A DNA stretch of 64,000 bases from Schizochytrium sp. TIO01 (lineage: Eukaryota > Protista > Bigyra: Labyrinthulomycetes): positions 682,001-746,000 of the forward strand of contig SMSO01000008.1 of the NCBI GenBank assembly GCA_004764695.1. The letters are read 5' to 3'. This document shows positions 1 through 11,334 of the stretch, one piece after another. The position numbers were made by a program, and so were the translations under genes. How positions within the stretch are numbered: position 1 is the first letter of the stretch; each line of letters begins with the position of its first letter. The notes beneath the pieces are model-generated. The model was not told the DNA's origin, ran no database searches, and was given only the letters and a program-made list of their open reading frames with translations.

Positions 1-608
1 CTTCTTCCGCCGTTGACCCCGTCGCTGCAAGCAGGTTCGCCCAACCCAAGGCTCCTGACAATTAATTTCAGCAGGTCCTGCCCAGTTCTCCAGCTTTACC
101 CGCTGCGTTTGCTCGCCCTGCACCCAGTGGCACGGGTTTGCGAGTAGTCTTGGGCTCGAAGACGAGGCCAGATGACTCGAAACAAATGACTCGATTAAAG
201 TTTCTCTTTCTTTTTACATATGACAAAAAGCAAAACTTTCAACTTAAAGAGGGATGAAAAGATAAAGAAGAGAGAGAGGTCTTTCATTGATTGACCTATG
301 TCTCATACTAAGTAGGTAGTAGGTAGCACGTACCTACTGTTATGTATGTATGCCGTTAGGGAGGGTGCCAGGTGCGTTTCGCAACGAAAGATCCCAATAA
401 TGAGTACCGGTACCATTTGCACGTTGAGTTGGGCCTGTGCAGGAAGAGCACCTAGATGAAAACTCGGTCATGACAAGAGCTACAAATTGAAGACACTCGG
501 GAGAGGACTGTGACTCCAGGGAGCTTGTCAATTTATTTTGAAGGATTGCAAAGTAGAAGCTTAACTCTGCGGGTTGTGGGGGTGAATACACGATAGAGCT
601 TAACCGAA

Positions 609-1388
609 ATGGCAGACGACGATCACTGGGGAGCCCTCCAAGAGGATGCAGAACGACTTGGAGAACGCGCAGACGAAGTTGAAGCGCCACAAGGAAGACT
701 TGGGTTTGAGGAGAAGTTTGAAGGCAAACATGGCGACCAGGATGATGGAGACATCGACCCCAGCAGCGAACATGATGGACCTGTAGCAAATCCCCCGGTT
801 CGGAAAGCAGCAGGATGGGGAGATGAAGCTGCACCTTCTGAAGGCAAAGCTGGTGAAGATGATCAGTCTGAGGCTGCCAAAAAGTCGAAGCGGAAGTCAG
901 CAGCGCGTGATGGCTTTATGATGGATATCGAAACCACAAGCCCGACCGACGAGAAGGAGGCAAGCAAGAACAAGCACTTTGCTGTGGATGACGATGCCAG
1001 TGGGAGTATCATGGTGATTCCTGACCTTGATGAAGACCAGGAAGAAGATCTTCAGCTCAAGGTTGCTGAAGCCCCAGCAAATGTTCGCACTGTACAAACC
1101 CTGCGTGAGCTTGATCGGCAAATCCATGGACTTCAAATCACTAATGCAAACCTCGATGATAATCAGAGACTTGACTTGAGCATCTTGTCTCGCGTTTTAG
1201 TTCCTCGCGAAAAACTTGAGGAGCCTGATGAGCCTTGGGACTTTGATAAACTGCTCGAGCACGTCTCACAGGAGATGACTCGGCAACGTGAATCGAATGA
1301 AGCCTTTGAGCGATCCCATGCAGAGACAGCTTCTGCTGGCAATACTCAAGTACCAACACCTATTATTGCCACTGGTTCGTCTCCTTGA
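609..1388 (+). CDS. IFT43: Intraflagellar transport protein 43 (IFT-A subunit)
   Basis: Acidic disordered N-terminus followed by IPDLDEDQEEDLQLKVAEAP...VQTLRELD...LDLSILSRVLVP...EPDEPWDFDKLLEHVSQEM, matching the conserved IFT43 C-terminal domain. Confidence 0.88.
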   Translation: MADDDHWGALQEDAERLGERADEVEAPQGRLGFEEKFEGKHGDQDDGDIDPSSEHDGPVANPPVRKAAGWGDEAAPSEGKAGEDDQSEAAKKSKRKSAARDGFMMDIETTSPTDEKEASKNKHFAVDDDASGSIMVIPDLDEDQEEDLQLKVAEAPANVRTVQTLRELDRQIHGLQITNANLDDNQRLDLSILSRVLVPREKLEEPDEPWDFDKLLEHVSQEMTRQRESNEAFERSHAETASAGNTQVPTPIIATGSSP

Positions 1389-1829
1389 ATATTCTATTGT
1401 GTAACTTGACGATCATATATTTCTGTTAACTTCGTTATTTTGAATAACAATCAGGAAACAAACGTTTAGAACTCCTCTCTTGTAAGGTTGCGTAACCTTG
1501 AGATTTTGTTTCTAATGTTGTAGCTTAGGTGGTAGTTTACTGAGAGAAGCAACATGAATACGAAGGAAACATTATCCAATTCAGCACTAGACTCTTTTTG
1601 ATGCCTGCTTCAACACTTTAGATCAATGTTCCTGACTTACACGAAGGATACCTACCCTTTCTGTGGACTATTGGTAATGGTGAGAAAGAAACTCTGTACA
1701 AGTGTTAGGTCGGTTCAACATGATGTGCAGATTGTAAAGCTCATATCTATAATCTAGCTAAGTGTAATTCATGAGATCTACATTAAAATATATGGAACAG
1801 GTTAAGCAATCAGTGTGCGAGAATCAATA

Positions 1830-2304
1830 GAACTAGCAACTCTTGACATTTCAGAGAACAAAATTGTTAAGAAGCATTGAAGTGAGTGATCATAAGTCGT
1901 GAAGTGATATCGATTTAATTAAATACATAAGTAATCTGCGTAGTAGATACATAAGAAGAGGAGAGAAAAGAGAATGAATACGAACCTATAGAAGATTGAA
2001 GGGCATGGCCAAATTTATAGCCTTTTTGCATCTACGGTGGATTTATTTCGAAGATGAGTACCCAAACCGCGTCCATCACACGGTATAAGTCACCTTTTAG
2101 TCGATGTGAGCTGAAATTTAATCATTGTATGGAATAAACGGCGAAAAGAAGATTGAACGCTGCTCCCTAAGCATGTTGCACTCCCTGCATATGATAAATA
2201 TTTGAAGCAGAGATATTTAAATCCCTGAACGTTTTGTTTCAGGACTTGAAACTTTGAAATAGCTTGTCAAGTTATGTCTTGATAGATGATTGGCCAAAGT
2301 TAGA
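1830..2304 (+). pseudogene. Possible decayed SDS22-like leucine-rich-repeat gene fragment
   Basis: Manual translation gives ELATLDISENKIVK (1830-1871) and IPERFVSGLETLK*LVKLCLDR*LAKVR (2221-2304), both LRR-like, interrupted by stops. Confidence 0.3.
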
Positions 2305-3177
2305 GTTCGCTCAAAGCATTAGCAGTGAGAGATGAGGCTGCTGCGTTTTACCAAATCATCAAAATTGCTATAAGCGTAACAAAATAATCACGCATGATCC
2401 AGCTCACATGGTAATTGATATGCTTGTAGCTCTAAATATGACAAAGAGTTTCAATTTGGTTGAAGCCTCATCCGACAAAGCCATGTCGAGGCTCATAAAG
2501 ATTTGCGCACAAGGCGTTGAAAGGGCACATATTGGCCTTTCAATTTACTAAATCTGCAAAATTTAAAGGCAAATATAGTATATAATGTATATAGGGCTGT
2601 CACAACGCAAACCTTTATCGTTTGGAGTCACAGAAATCGACTAGTTACCTTCTTTGAGTCAATACATGTGGCTTTGTTTCATAATTTTTGCCAATTCTTC
2701 CGCTGCCATTTCGTTAAACCCTCAAATTCTGGCATAGACTTGCGCTACATTTTCTTGTGGTATTCCTAGCCTCTTTAATCCAATATCCATAAAGTGTCTA
2801 TCGCATGAGCGCTTACCTCGCGCGCGTCAAATCCGCGCGACCTTTGCACGGGTCACGGAAAAGATAGACAAGATAATCAAACTCAATGAGAGAGAGAGAG
2901 AGAGAGAAATACAATAAAATAAAACAAATAACTCATAGTAAGCGTACTATTCTACAGTGAGGATTAAAGCTATAAATAGATTGGGAAAAGAGAAGAATAG
3001 AGAAATAAATGAGTGAAATGAATGATAGAGTGAATACCATGGATAGAGAAAAATAAATGAGGAAGAGCAAAGCCCAATCAAACCCAAGTTCGCGCTCCGT
3101 TGGCGCCCTTCAGGCTCTTTGGCGGCTTCGGGAACGTCCGGAATCTAAGTCCCGGGACCCCGCGAGCTTGCAGCGCC

Positions 3178-5436
3178 ATGGTGAAGCGCAAGGCTGGCGC
3201 CCCCGTCGAAGACGAGGCTGACGACGACCTTCATGAGGATGGCACGGTCAGCAACAGCGCTGACAACGACAAGAACAACGACAGCAACGACGATTCCACA
3301 AAAGCTGAGTCATCTTCAAAAAAGCGTCGCACAAATTCGGAAAGTGATGCAGCTGTTGTGAAAAAGGAGGATGTGGAGGCCGTCAGCTCTGGCATGCCTG
3401 GCCTTGAGGAGAATGTGCCAGAGGATCTCGCTGAGCCTGATGCCGTGTTGAAGGGAAAGGATAGCGAGATGGCTTCGTGGGTAGCTCTTGCAAAGGATGC
3501 CGAGAAGGCTTCGACTATTGAGGAAGCCCGGTCCATGTATGAGACACTGTTGAAGAGGTTTCCACTGTCTGAAAAGTACTGGCTATTGTACGCTCAGCGC
3601 GAGCTAAAACTGCAAAACTATGCGCAAGTGGAGTGGATTCTCAAGCGCACGCTGCTCTCGCTCGGTAGCGTGAAACTATGGCAGTTCTACCTCTCTTATC
3701 TGCTGGAGCGGAAGCTCGGAGAGGGCTCTGAGGCAGCTCAGAGTGCTGCAAAGGAAAAGGAGGTACGAAAGCAGATAGAGCAGGCTTTCGAATTTGCTCT
3801 GAAAAGCATTGGATTCGCATTTGAGTCCGGCGTGATCTGGGTAGAGTACATTGAGTTTCTGAAGACTCAGAAGTGTGACTCGCAGTTTGATCTTCAGGTC
3901 AGAGATAAAGCTGTTCGTGGAGCATATCACCGCGCGGTCACAAGGCCCGTGGACCAGATGGAGGCCCTCTTCAGGGATCTTGAAAGCCCTGCAGATGTGC
4001 AGCAAGACCACATGAAGGCGAAGACAGTTTACCTTGAGCGGAAGAACCTTATGCAAGCGGTTGCTACGGCCATGGGAACAGTAACGGCTGCAGCTGGAGG
4101 TGCTGCTGCTGCTGCCGCAACTGCATCGATCAGCAGCGTGGCAAATAGCGGTTTGCCTGAAGTCCCTCGTGGCGATCAGCGTGAAGCAAAACGTCTAGCC
4201 AAATGGAGAGCACTCATTGCTTATGAGCGAAGAAACCCTGAACGTGTCTCTGATACTGCCCTCAAGTACCGTGTGAGATATACCTTCAATCGTGCTCTTG
4301 CCTCGTTGTACTTTTACCCTGAGTTGTGGCACGAGTTTGCTCAGTATGAGCTCGACACAAACGACGCGATCTCTGCAAGAATTGTTCTGGAGCGTGCTTT
4401 GGAGGCAATGCCAGATTCTGTGCTCCTTCATTTGGTTCTTGCAGATACGCTTGAGGCCCACTCCCGCGTCGCTGATGCACGAGCTGTATATCAACATTTG
4501 GAGGAGAAGCTCCCTACTTCGATGGTGTTTATCCAGTCCCAGCTCTTTGAGCGTCGTTGTGGTGGTATCGTGCCCGCCCGAGCGGTATTTAAGCGTGCGC
4601 GTGCATCTCCAGTATGTGATAGTGCTGTTTTCACTGCCGCGGCTTTGCTGGAATTTCATAACAACAAAGAGCCCGAGATTGCGCGCCGGATCTTCGAAAT
4701 GGGCGTCCGCCGTTACCCACGCAATGTGGCATTTGTCTTAGACTATGTGCGTTTTCTGGAGCATTTGAACAAGGACAATGATATCGTAACTCTATTCGAG
4801 CGTGTGCTTGACAAACTGGAACCACGTGAGGCTTTTCAGATCTGGGAGCGTTATCGTGAATTTGCTGCACGTTTTACTTTTGGTGGTGGAAACCTTAAAC
4901 TTCTCACTAAGATTGAAGAACGTTTTGCTGCTGCTTTCCCAAGTCAAGAATTTCTTCGTGGTTTAGCTGGTGTGACTCATCGCTATGCGTACCTTGGAAA
5001 CCTTCCATCTGGGGCTTCGGATATTGCATTCTTGAAGCGCGCCCGTCCTCTCAGTCTTGGACCCCATGCTCGTGCAAGTGGAGCTTACACTGTCTCTACG
5101 CAGGCTTCGGACGCTGCCTCTGGGGCAGGCATTTTGACTCTGGGTAGTTTGGCTGGTGCCAGTGGTGGTGCTAACTCGGCATCCGCGATCGATGGGCTCG
5201 ATGCAGACACAACCCCCCTTATCCGAAAACTTGATAGCTTTCTGCCAAAGACTTTGGGACCTGATGTGGAGCCTTTCTCAGTTACTTATATTATCAATAA
5301 GATTCAAGCTTCTCGTCTGCCCAAACGAAGCTTCTTTGCTCCCAAGAAGCAACGGCGGATTGCCATTGATGGAACTGACTTTGAGGCTACTGACCTGTAT
5401 AAGAAGCGTCGTAACGTATCTAACAAGACTGCATAA
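3178..5436 (+). CDS. CSTF3: Cleavage stimulation factor 77 kDa subunit (CstF-77/Rna14/Suppressor of forked), HAT repeats
   Basis: HAT-repeat motifs (YETLLKRFP..YWLLYAQRE, LWQFYLSY, SGVIWVEYIEFLK, KWRALIAYERRNP, YPELWHEFAQY, ARAVFKRAR, ARRIFEMG) and C-terminal DLYKKR. First ATG is at 3178; the ORF track starts at a TTG at 3100. Confidence 0.92.
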   Translation: MVKRKAGAPVEDEADDDLHEDGTVSNSADNDKNNDSNDDSTKAESSSKKRRTNSESDAAVVKKEDVEAVSSGMPGLEENVPEDLAEPDAVLKGKDSEMASWVALAKDAEKASTIEEARSMYETLLKRFPLSEKYWLLYAQRELKLQNYAQVEWILKRTLLSLGSVKLWQFYLSYLLERKLGEGSEAAQSAAKEKEVRKQIEQAFEFALKSIGFAFESGVIWVEYIEFLKTQKCDSQFDLQVRDKAVRGAYHRAVTRPVDQMEALFRDLESPADVQQDHMKAKTVYLERKNLMQAVATAMGTVTAAAGGAAAAAATASISSVANSGLPEVPRGDQREAKRLAKWRALIAYERRNPERVSDTALKYRVRYTFNRALASLYFYPELWHEFAQYELDTNDAISARIVLERALEAMPDSVLLHLVLADTLEAHSRVADARAVYQHLEEKLPTSMVFIQSQLFERRCGGIVPARAVFKRARASPVCDSAVFTAAALLEFHNNKEPEIARRIFEMGVRRYPRNVAFVLDYVRFLEHLNKDNDIVTLFERVLDKLEPREAFQIWERYREFAARFTFGGGNLKLLTKIEERFAAAFPSQEFLRGLAGVTHRYAYLGNLPSGASDIAFLKRARPLSLGPHARASGAYTVSTQASDAASGAGILTLGSLAGASGGANSASAIDGLDADTTPLIRKLDSFLPKTLGPDVEPFSVTYIINKIQASRLPKRSFFAPKKQRRIAIDGTDFEATDLYKKRRNVSNKTA

Positions 5437-6283
5437 GTGGACTCTCGAAAGGCGCTGTACGTGTTCTTTTCGCTATTACTGTCTAACGCTCCTACCGGCC
5501 CATATTTCCACTCATCTAGTCATTCAACTGGCTCGTTGATCTTTTCTTGCTATCTAAGGATTCCCGTTAATTCATACATCACCTTCTTATAAGAGAAATA
5601 ACAGACGAATAAATTCAACAAACAACCATTTCTTAAATCATCAGTAAAACTTTTTTCTACTTCATCTAGTATCTGTTATCCTTTTTAGGTCTTGACGCTT
5701 ATCTGTGACAGAAACTGAGTTCAAATAACTGTTCACAATGTCCCTCCCTCTTCATTATCTGAAATAGTCGAAACCCGCTACCTTTTGAACAACCTAGTTG
5801 TCTCTTAAATTTCATGAAATAAAAGACAAGTTGTCTTAGACCTTGCACATGAGTATACATACATTCTTATAAAGAATAAACTGAAACATAAAGCAAACAA
5901 AGTTATTTCATATTATGGTGACTTGGTCCGTATACAAAAAAAACATGCACATTTTTCTTTATATATGAGTGACCTTGTGGGTTCTGATCAGCATTGGTCT
6001 TGCACGGGTTCATAAACCGCCCATGTTACATATGACATGCAAAGACATGGATGAATCTTTCAAAGAAAAATTAACCATCATGGACATACTATATATTTCT
6101 TCTTCCAAAGAGAGAGAGAGAGAGACTCTTTTTTGAGATCTTAGTAGGCTGATAGATGAGCGGGTCGCCTGTTCTTTCATGTTACCTACTCTGTTATGAC
6201 CTGTTGTGACAATGCAGCAGCGAAATTAGACAGAGGCAGAAGTTTGTGACATGTTAAATACCGTGCGCGAATGAAAATAAGAT

Positions 6284-7561
6284 CTATTTGCATTTGAGCA
6301 CGGATATTTGCTCCGGTCTTTCGGGTAAGTTTGTGAGAACAGCACCCTTGAACGTGCCAGTTCGAGTGCAAAAGGAGTAAAGGACCTCTTCATCTTGTTC
6401 CACAACAAGCAAGCGATCATCAACAATCGCAAGGCCTGCTGGGTGGGTGAGTTTGTGCGGTTTAGGGACCGTCAGCTTTTTGATTGGCTCAAGCGTGGAC
6501 GGAGAAATGGCATAAATTCCTGAATTTTTGCCATCAACGCTACCTACATAAATGACACCTGTGCCATCATGATCGATGGCGACACCAACGGCATGGGTGA
6601 TATCAATGTTCTTGATGAGCTTGCCGTCTTTGTTCGCGTCAAAGATAAAGAGTCCCTTCTTTGTACTTGCTACCCATACTCTACCCTTCCTGTCGATGGC
6701 AAGTCCACGCGGGTTCTTCACCTCAGCAAACGGATGCGCCTTAGCGCCGAGGCCATCAGCAACCCAAAATCGGACAACTTGATCGGTGTTCTGATTGGAG
6801 GCATAGAGCGCACCTTGGTAGAACCCGATGCCATAAGGATGGTCAAGACCGTCCACGGCAAAGGTCTTTGCGTCACTGTCGGATCTGTTACATTTATGCG
6901 CGAGTACGATCTTTGAGCGTGAAGAGTGAGCACTCGCAACGAAGAGAGCGTTTCCAACAGTTGCCATGCCGCGCAAATTTTGCATACCGAGGCTGGAACT
7001 CTTATCTAAATCAATGGCAAGTCCTGCCTGGTTCCAATGGTGCAGATGAGGCTGCTGGACCTGGTATCTGTACACTTGGACGTCGTTGCCAGGGTTGGGC
7101 TTCTTGAAGTTGCCTCCGTGCGAGGTTAAGAAAATTTCCCGAGTCCATCCGTCACCAATAAAGCGTTCAGCACCTGTCAAGGCAGGATCTTCGTCACCTT
7201 GACTCAATGGTGAAGTAGGCTTTTCGCTTTGAGCTCTGGTCGCTTGATTCACAAGGGTGGCAACTTTGCCTGGGTCATTGCCAAGCATCACGTCTAAAGC
7301 GTGTTCCCACTGTTGTGGCTCGCGAGGATTACGTTGCGTTGCGGTATTTTGAACGTTTGCTCTGAGTTGCGAAGTCGGTGATGGTGATGACACTCCAGAG
7401 TTCACAGCCGCAGAGTTCCACTCGATCATTCCGAGTGACGTGCGTTCGTCTGCAGAGAGTGGTGCAGACCACGCCACATCGTCATTTCTAGTGGAGACCA
7501 GGCCCACGACCAGCAGCACAGTGACCGCCGCAGCTACGGCCACGGCCTCGGCACGACGCAT
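6284..7561 (-). CDS. Type II membrane/secreted NHL-repeat (6-bladed beta-propeller) protein
   Basis: N-terminal hydrophobic anchor (AVAVAAAVTVLLVVGLVS), low-complexity stem, then blades LDHPYGIGF, NPRGLAID, HAVGVAID, HPAGLAIV, RPEQI. First ATG is at 7561. Confidence 0.75.
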   Translation of the reverse strand: MRRAEAVAVAAAVTVLLVVGLVSTRNDDVAWSAPLSADERTSLGMIEWNSAAVNSGVSSPSPTSQLRANVQNTATQRNPREPQQWEHALDVMLGNDPGKVATLVNQATRAQSEKPTSPLSQGDEDPALTGAERFIGDGWTREIFLTSHGGNFKKPNPGNDVQVYRYQVQQPHLHHWNQAGLAIDLDKSSSLGMQNLRGMATVGNALFVASAHSSRSKIVLAHKCNRSDSDAKTFAVDGLDHPYGIGFYQGALYASNQNTDQVVRFWVADGLGAKAHPFAEVKNPRGLAIDRKGRVWVASTKKGLFIFDANKDGKLIKNIDITHAVGVAIDHDGTGVIYVGSVDGKNSGIYAISPSTLEPIKKLTVPKPHKLTHPAGLAIVDDRLLVVEQDEEVLYSFCTRTGTFKGAVLTNLPERPEQISVLKCK

Positions 7562-7701
7562 TCGAGCTGCCAACCTGCAGGAGGTTCACTCCCCGCTCTC
7601 AAGAGCTAAGCCCGATCTGCCGGCAAGCTGCCAGGCCTCACTCGGGGTTCGCCGCTTGCGTTTCCAACTTTTGTCTTTGCCTCGCCTCGAATTCGTCAAA
7701 C

Positions 7702-7819
7702 AATGAATGAATGAATGAATGAATGAATGAATGAATGACTTTTATAACCAAAGCCCCTTTAGAATTCCCTTTTTCCTTTTCTTTTCTCTTTCTCTGTTCA
7801 AAAGTTCTTTCTCCATTCT

Positions 7820-7850
<31 letters not shown>

Positions 7851-8118
7851 GTCTTTCTTTCTTTCCAAAGCGGCATAAAATATTATTTGATTCTATACTA
7901 CCTCAGGTGCTAACTAAGAAGCAGAAGCCAACCTAGTGCGTGAAAGGAAAGGAAAGGCGAAACGAAGCGCGACCAAAGAGGCGCCCAAAGCAAGAAAGCC
8001 GAGGCCGCCAACTGCATAGAAACAAGCTGCCGCCTACGTTTTTGGCTCCTATGCGGCAGGCGCCTTTAATAAACCAGAAGAACAGCCAAAACGACTTTGA
8101 AAGAAAGAAAACACGAAA

Positions 8119-8149
<31 letters not shown>

Positions 8150-8173
8150 ATAGAGAAAGAAAGAAAGAAAGAA
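7702..8173. repeat. Microsatellite cluster: (AATG)n, (TTTC)n, (AAAT)n, (AAAG)n
   Basis: Directly visible simple repeats upstream of the NHL gene. Confidence 0.9.
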
Positions 8174-10089
8174 AGTGAAGGAAGGAGGAGCTTCATTAGC
8201 ACCGTGGGTAGCACAGTCTTAGTGGCGTCCAGCGGATAAAAGGAAAATAAGAATTCTTATCTGCATCATGAAAGACTCGGAGAAAAGGAGAAAACCGCAA
8301 TCGTGAGCATCCACGGTCATACTGCTCACGCTTTGCTGTGGCCAGAGGCCCTCTGCGACACCCTTTCGTCCATGTCCACGCACGGCCTTTGCCCTCCGCC
8401 AGGTCCATCCAAGTCAGGTTTCCGGAGCAAGGGCTCCAAACGGAACTCGAAGAAACCTCAAACGTGAAAGTGAGCAATCCTAATCATGAATATATTAACC
8501 CAAAACAACAACGACTAAACTTTGTTTTGGTCTTTTTTCAAGTTATCTTTATTGATCCTTATTTCTCTATTTTTATTATATTTATCTATTTAATATCAAA
8601 ATTAAACTTAAACTTAAACTTAAACAAAAAAGCAAAAACTAACTATTTCTACAAGTGACCATCGTGGACACCCGCTTCTGCCACCAGACCCGCGCATTAT
8701 GCATATTGTATCGCGTGTAGAAACCCCTGGTCCGGTACGGAAGCACGCTAGATTAGCGGCGGTTTGGGAATAGTATGGGCAGTGTGGATTTTGCATCTAG
8801 TCACTGGAGGCCTTGCTTTCCGTAGCTTTGAAAGGGCGCGTAATTCGCGATGTATTATTCGTGGCTGGCGTATTACGGCGTTATTCTTACCATCGCGTTC
8901 GATTGCGCGGAGATTCGAGTTCTTCTTCTGATGGATCTTTGGGTTCGTTCGTTTGTGCTCAGAAATGAATGAATGCGGAACTGAGCGGATCTCTCAAACA
9001 AACACCGTCGTGGCGACAGCTTTTGCGCGATTGTTTGTTGCGTGTTCATTGATTGATTGTCGATTGATTGATTGATTGTTGATTGATTGATTGGGCGCGA
9101 AAGCGGCGAAGATGGACTAAGTTAAGGCTCATTGCAAATCGTGGTCCGTTTGCGAGAGCTGTACAACGAAGACGATGGCAATCAACGATGGAGAAACTCA
9201 CTGAGCACGGGTTGAAGTTGATTGAGGTTTTTGCGCGTCGAAGACGGTGGTGACGCGGTTTGGAGGGAGGACGGGCAAACTTGGACGAGTCGAATCGAGC
9301 TCGAGCTCGAGCTCGAGGCTCCTGGGCTGCGGAGGCTTGTGGCGGAACTGCGAGTTTGGAGATTTTGACGATGGCTGATTTGATGGTGCCCGTCGCGAAG
9401 GCCGGGTTGCTCGGCTGCGAGGGAACTTGAGCGGGCAGAAGAGCGCGAAACCCGCTGGCGAAAGCAAGGCGCGAGGGCGCCTAAACCTGAGACCAAGACT
9501 GTGCTGCGCCTTTTGCTGTTTGTTTGTGCAGGACATATCTTGATCGATTATGTGGTGCAGTGCACATCAAGAAGGCAGCTGGTCATCCAGCATCCGTTGA
9601 TATTCGTAGCTTCATCGCGGGCCTTGATATCCATATGACAGCAAGACAAAGTCAATCGTGCGGGCTGCAAAGCGAGCTGCAGAAGCTCGGCGGAGACGCT
9701 CCCGGTGCTGGTGACGGTCACGTACATGGCAATTCGAAAATTTCAATATTCGTGTGCTTGAAGCCTTGCAAATCGGACCATAACTCGTAACTCGTAACCT
9801 GCAGCGTCTGAATGGAGGCGGTGCAATTGAAGCGCGCGAGAAATGCAGTCATGATCTGGCTCGAGAGCATTTGTCTGTACCGGTAGGCTAATTTTAAGCG
9901 TCATGGCCACCCACCCAGTCTCACCTTTGGAATGGGGTATCGGTTTCCACTGATGGGCTTGGTGTTGTCAAGGTTGTCCAGGAGGTTAGTCAGCATCGCA
10001 ACGCCGTCGTTGAAGTTTTAGGTAGCTGTTCAATACATATGCAATCTTCAGATAGTCAAAAGCCAGCCTGAGTCTATCAATCGATGGAT

Positions 10090-10720
10090 GAGTCAATCTT
10101 GTCAAGATTCGTCAACTTGCAACCACCACGAGTCAATGTACACTATAAACAGCTAATTAAAAACGAAGTGCGAAGGGCAGCGTTGCAAACTGGGAGCCGG
10201 CACGAGTTTGGTGCATAGAAGATAGGCATGAGTGGAGATTTGAGACTCCTTTATTATGATTGTCTGTTGCCGGTTGGCATCATCTTTGCTTAAAGATCTC
10301 ATCGCTTTGGGGTGATCACACACGAACAACTGAAGAACAGTTGACAACTGAGGGAACAACGTTTTTGATTGGCATTTGAGCTTTGACCATACGTTCAAGG
10401 TGAAAGATACTCAAGATTGTGGCGAGGATGAGAATATTGCAAAGCTCTCAAGTACTTGGATTTCTTTATGAACAGAAGCTTGGGAATTGCTTTGGTTATT
10501 TACTGGTGAATTATTTTCGATTCTAAAGTTGAGTCGTTGTTTGGAGTGTTGGGATTAGCAACCAGTATCACTTGAAACAATGCCGAAGAATATCCAGCTT
10601 TTCAGGTCAGGACTTTGTTTTGAAGTGGCTCATTCTTCATTAGGTCGTAAGAAAGTGAAAATTGTACCTTGGCTAGGTTTTACATCCTGTGCGAATTGAG
10701 CAGTTCCGCAATCTTGGTTA
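10090..10720 (+). mobile_element. Possible degenerate DDE-type DNA transposase relic
   Basis: HLSFDHTFKV at 10373-10402, followed in shifting frames by FFMN..G, LWLFT, SKVESLFGVL and a late LHPVRI-like segment; multiple stops and frameshifts. Confidence 0.33.
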
Positions 10721-11334
10721 TCTCAATGTAGCTTTCCTAACCACTCGAGGAAGTTTGCAGTTTGGCCTGGACTTTGTCCTCAAGTAGCAGCCTTTACTTA
10801 TCTTGGTTTCGCTCAGGCTATTCATGGCTTACTCAGCAGCATGTTAATGACGATTGCACCTACCTATGAACAGTTGCTCAGTTATTTTTATTTTTTATTT
10901 TTTCCCCTTTTAAATTAATTTAATTTTAAAAAGACCAAAACAATTGTAATAAAAAATAAAAAGAAACTTGAAGATATAAGCTTAAATTACTTGTTCTGGG
11001 TATTATGATTATTATTGATAAAACAAAAAAATGATTAAAAAACAAAATACAAACGAGGGGGGGGGGGGGTTACTTAAAGAAGTCTGCACAGAACACCAGC
11101 CAGTAAGATGAACAGAACGGGGACGGTACACACCGCAATGCGTACATTTCGCTATGGGTTCTCCGTCGGATAGCACGCACAACGTCTTTTCCTTTGGAAT
11201 ATGGAAAACATGGGCCTCGCTTGGAATGCGCGAAACTACGGCCAAAACCTGCTCAACAGGAGCTCTGGGGGCCCAGAGCATTGCTCGGAAGGCCCAAGGG
11301 ACCTTCTAGGTCCCTGTGGGATTCTACAAAGGCC

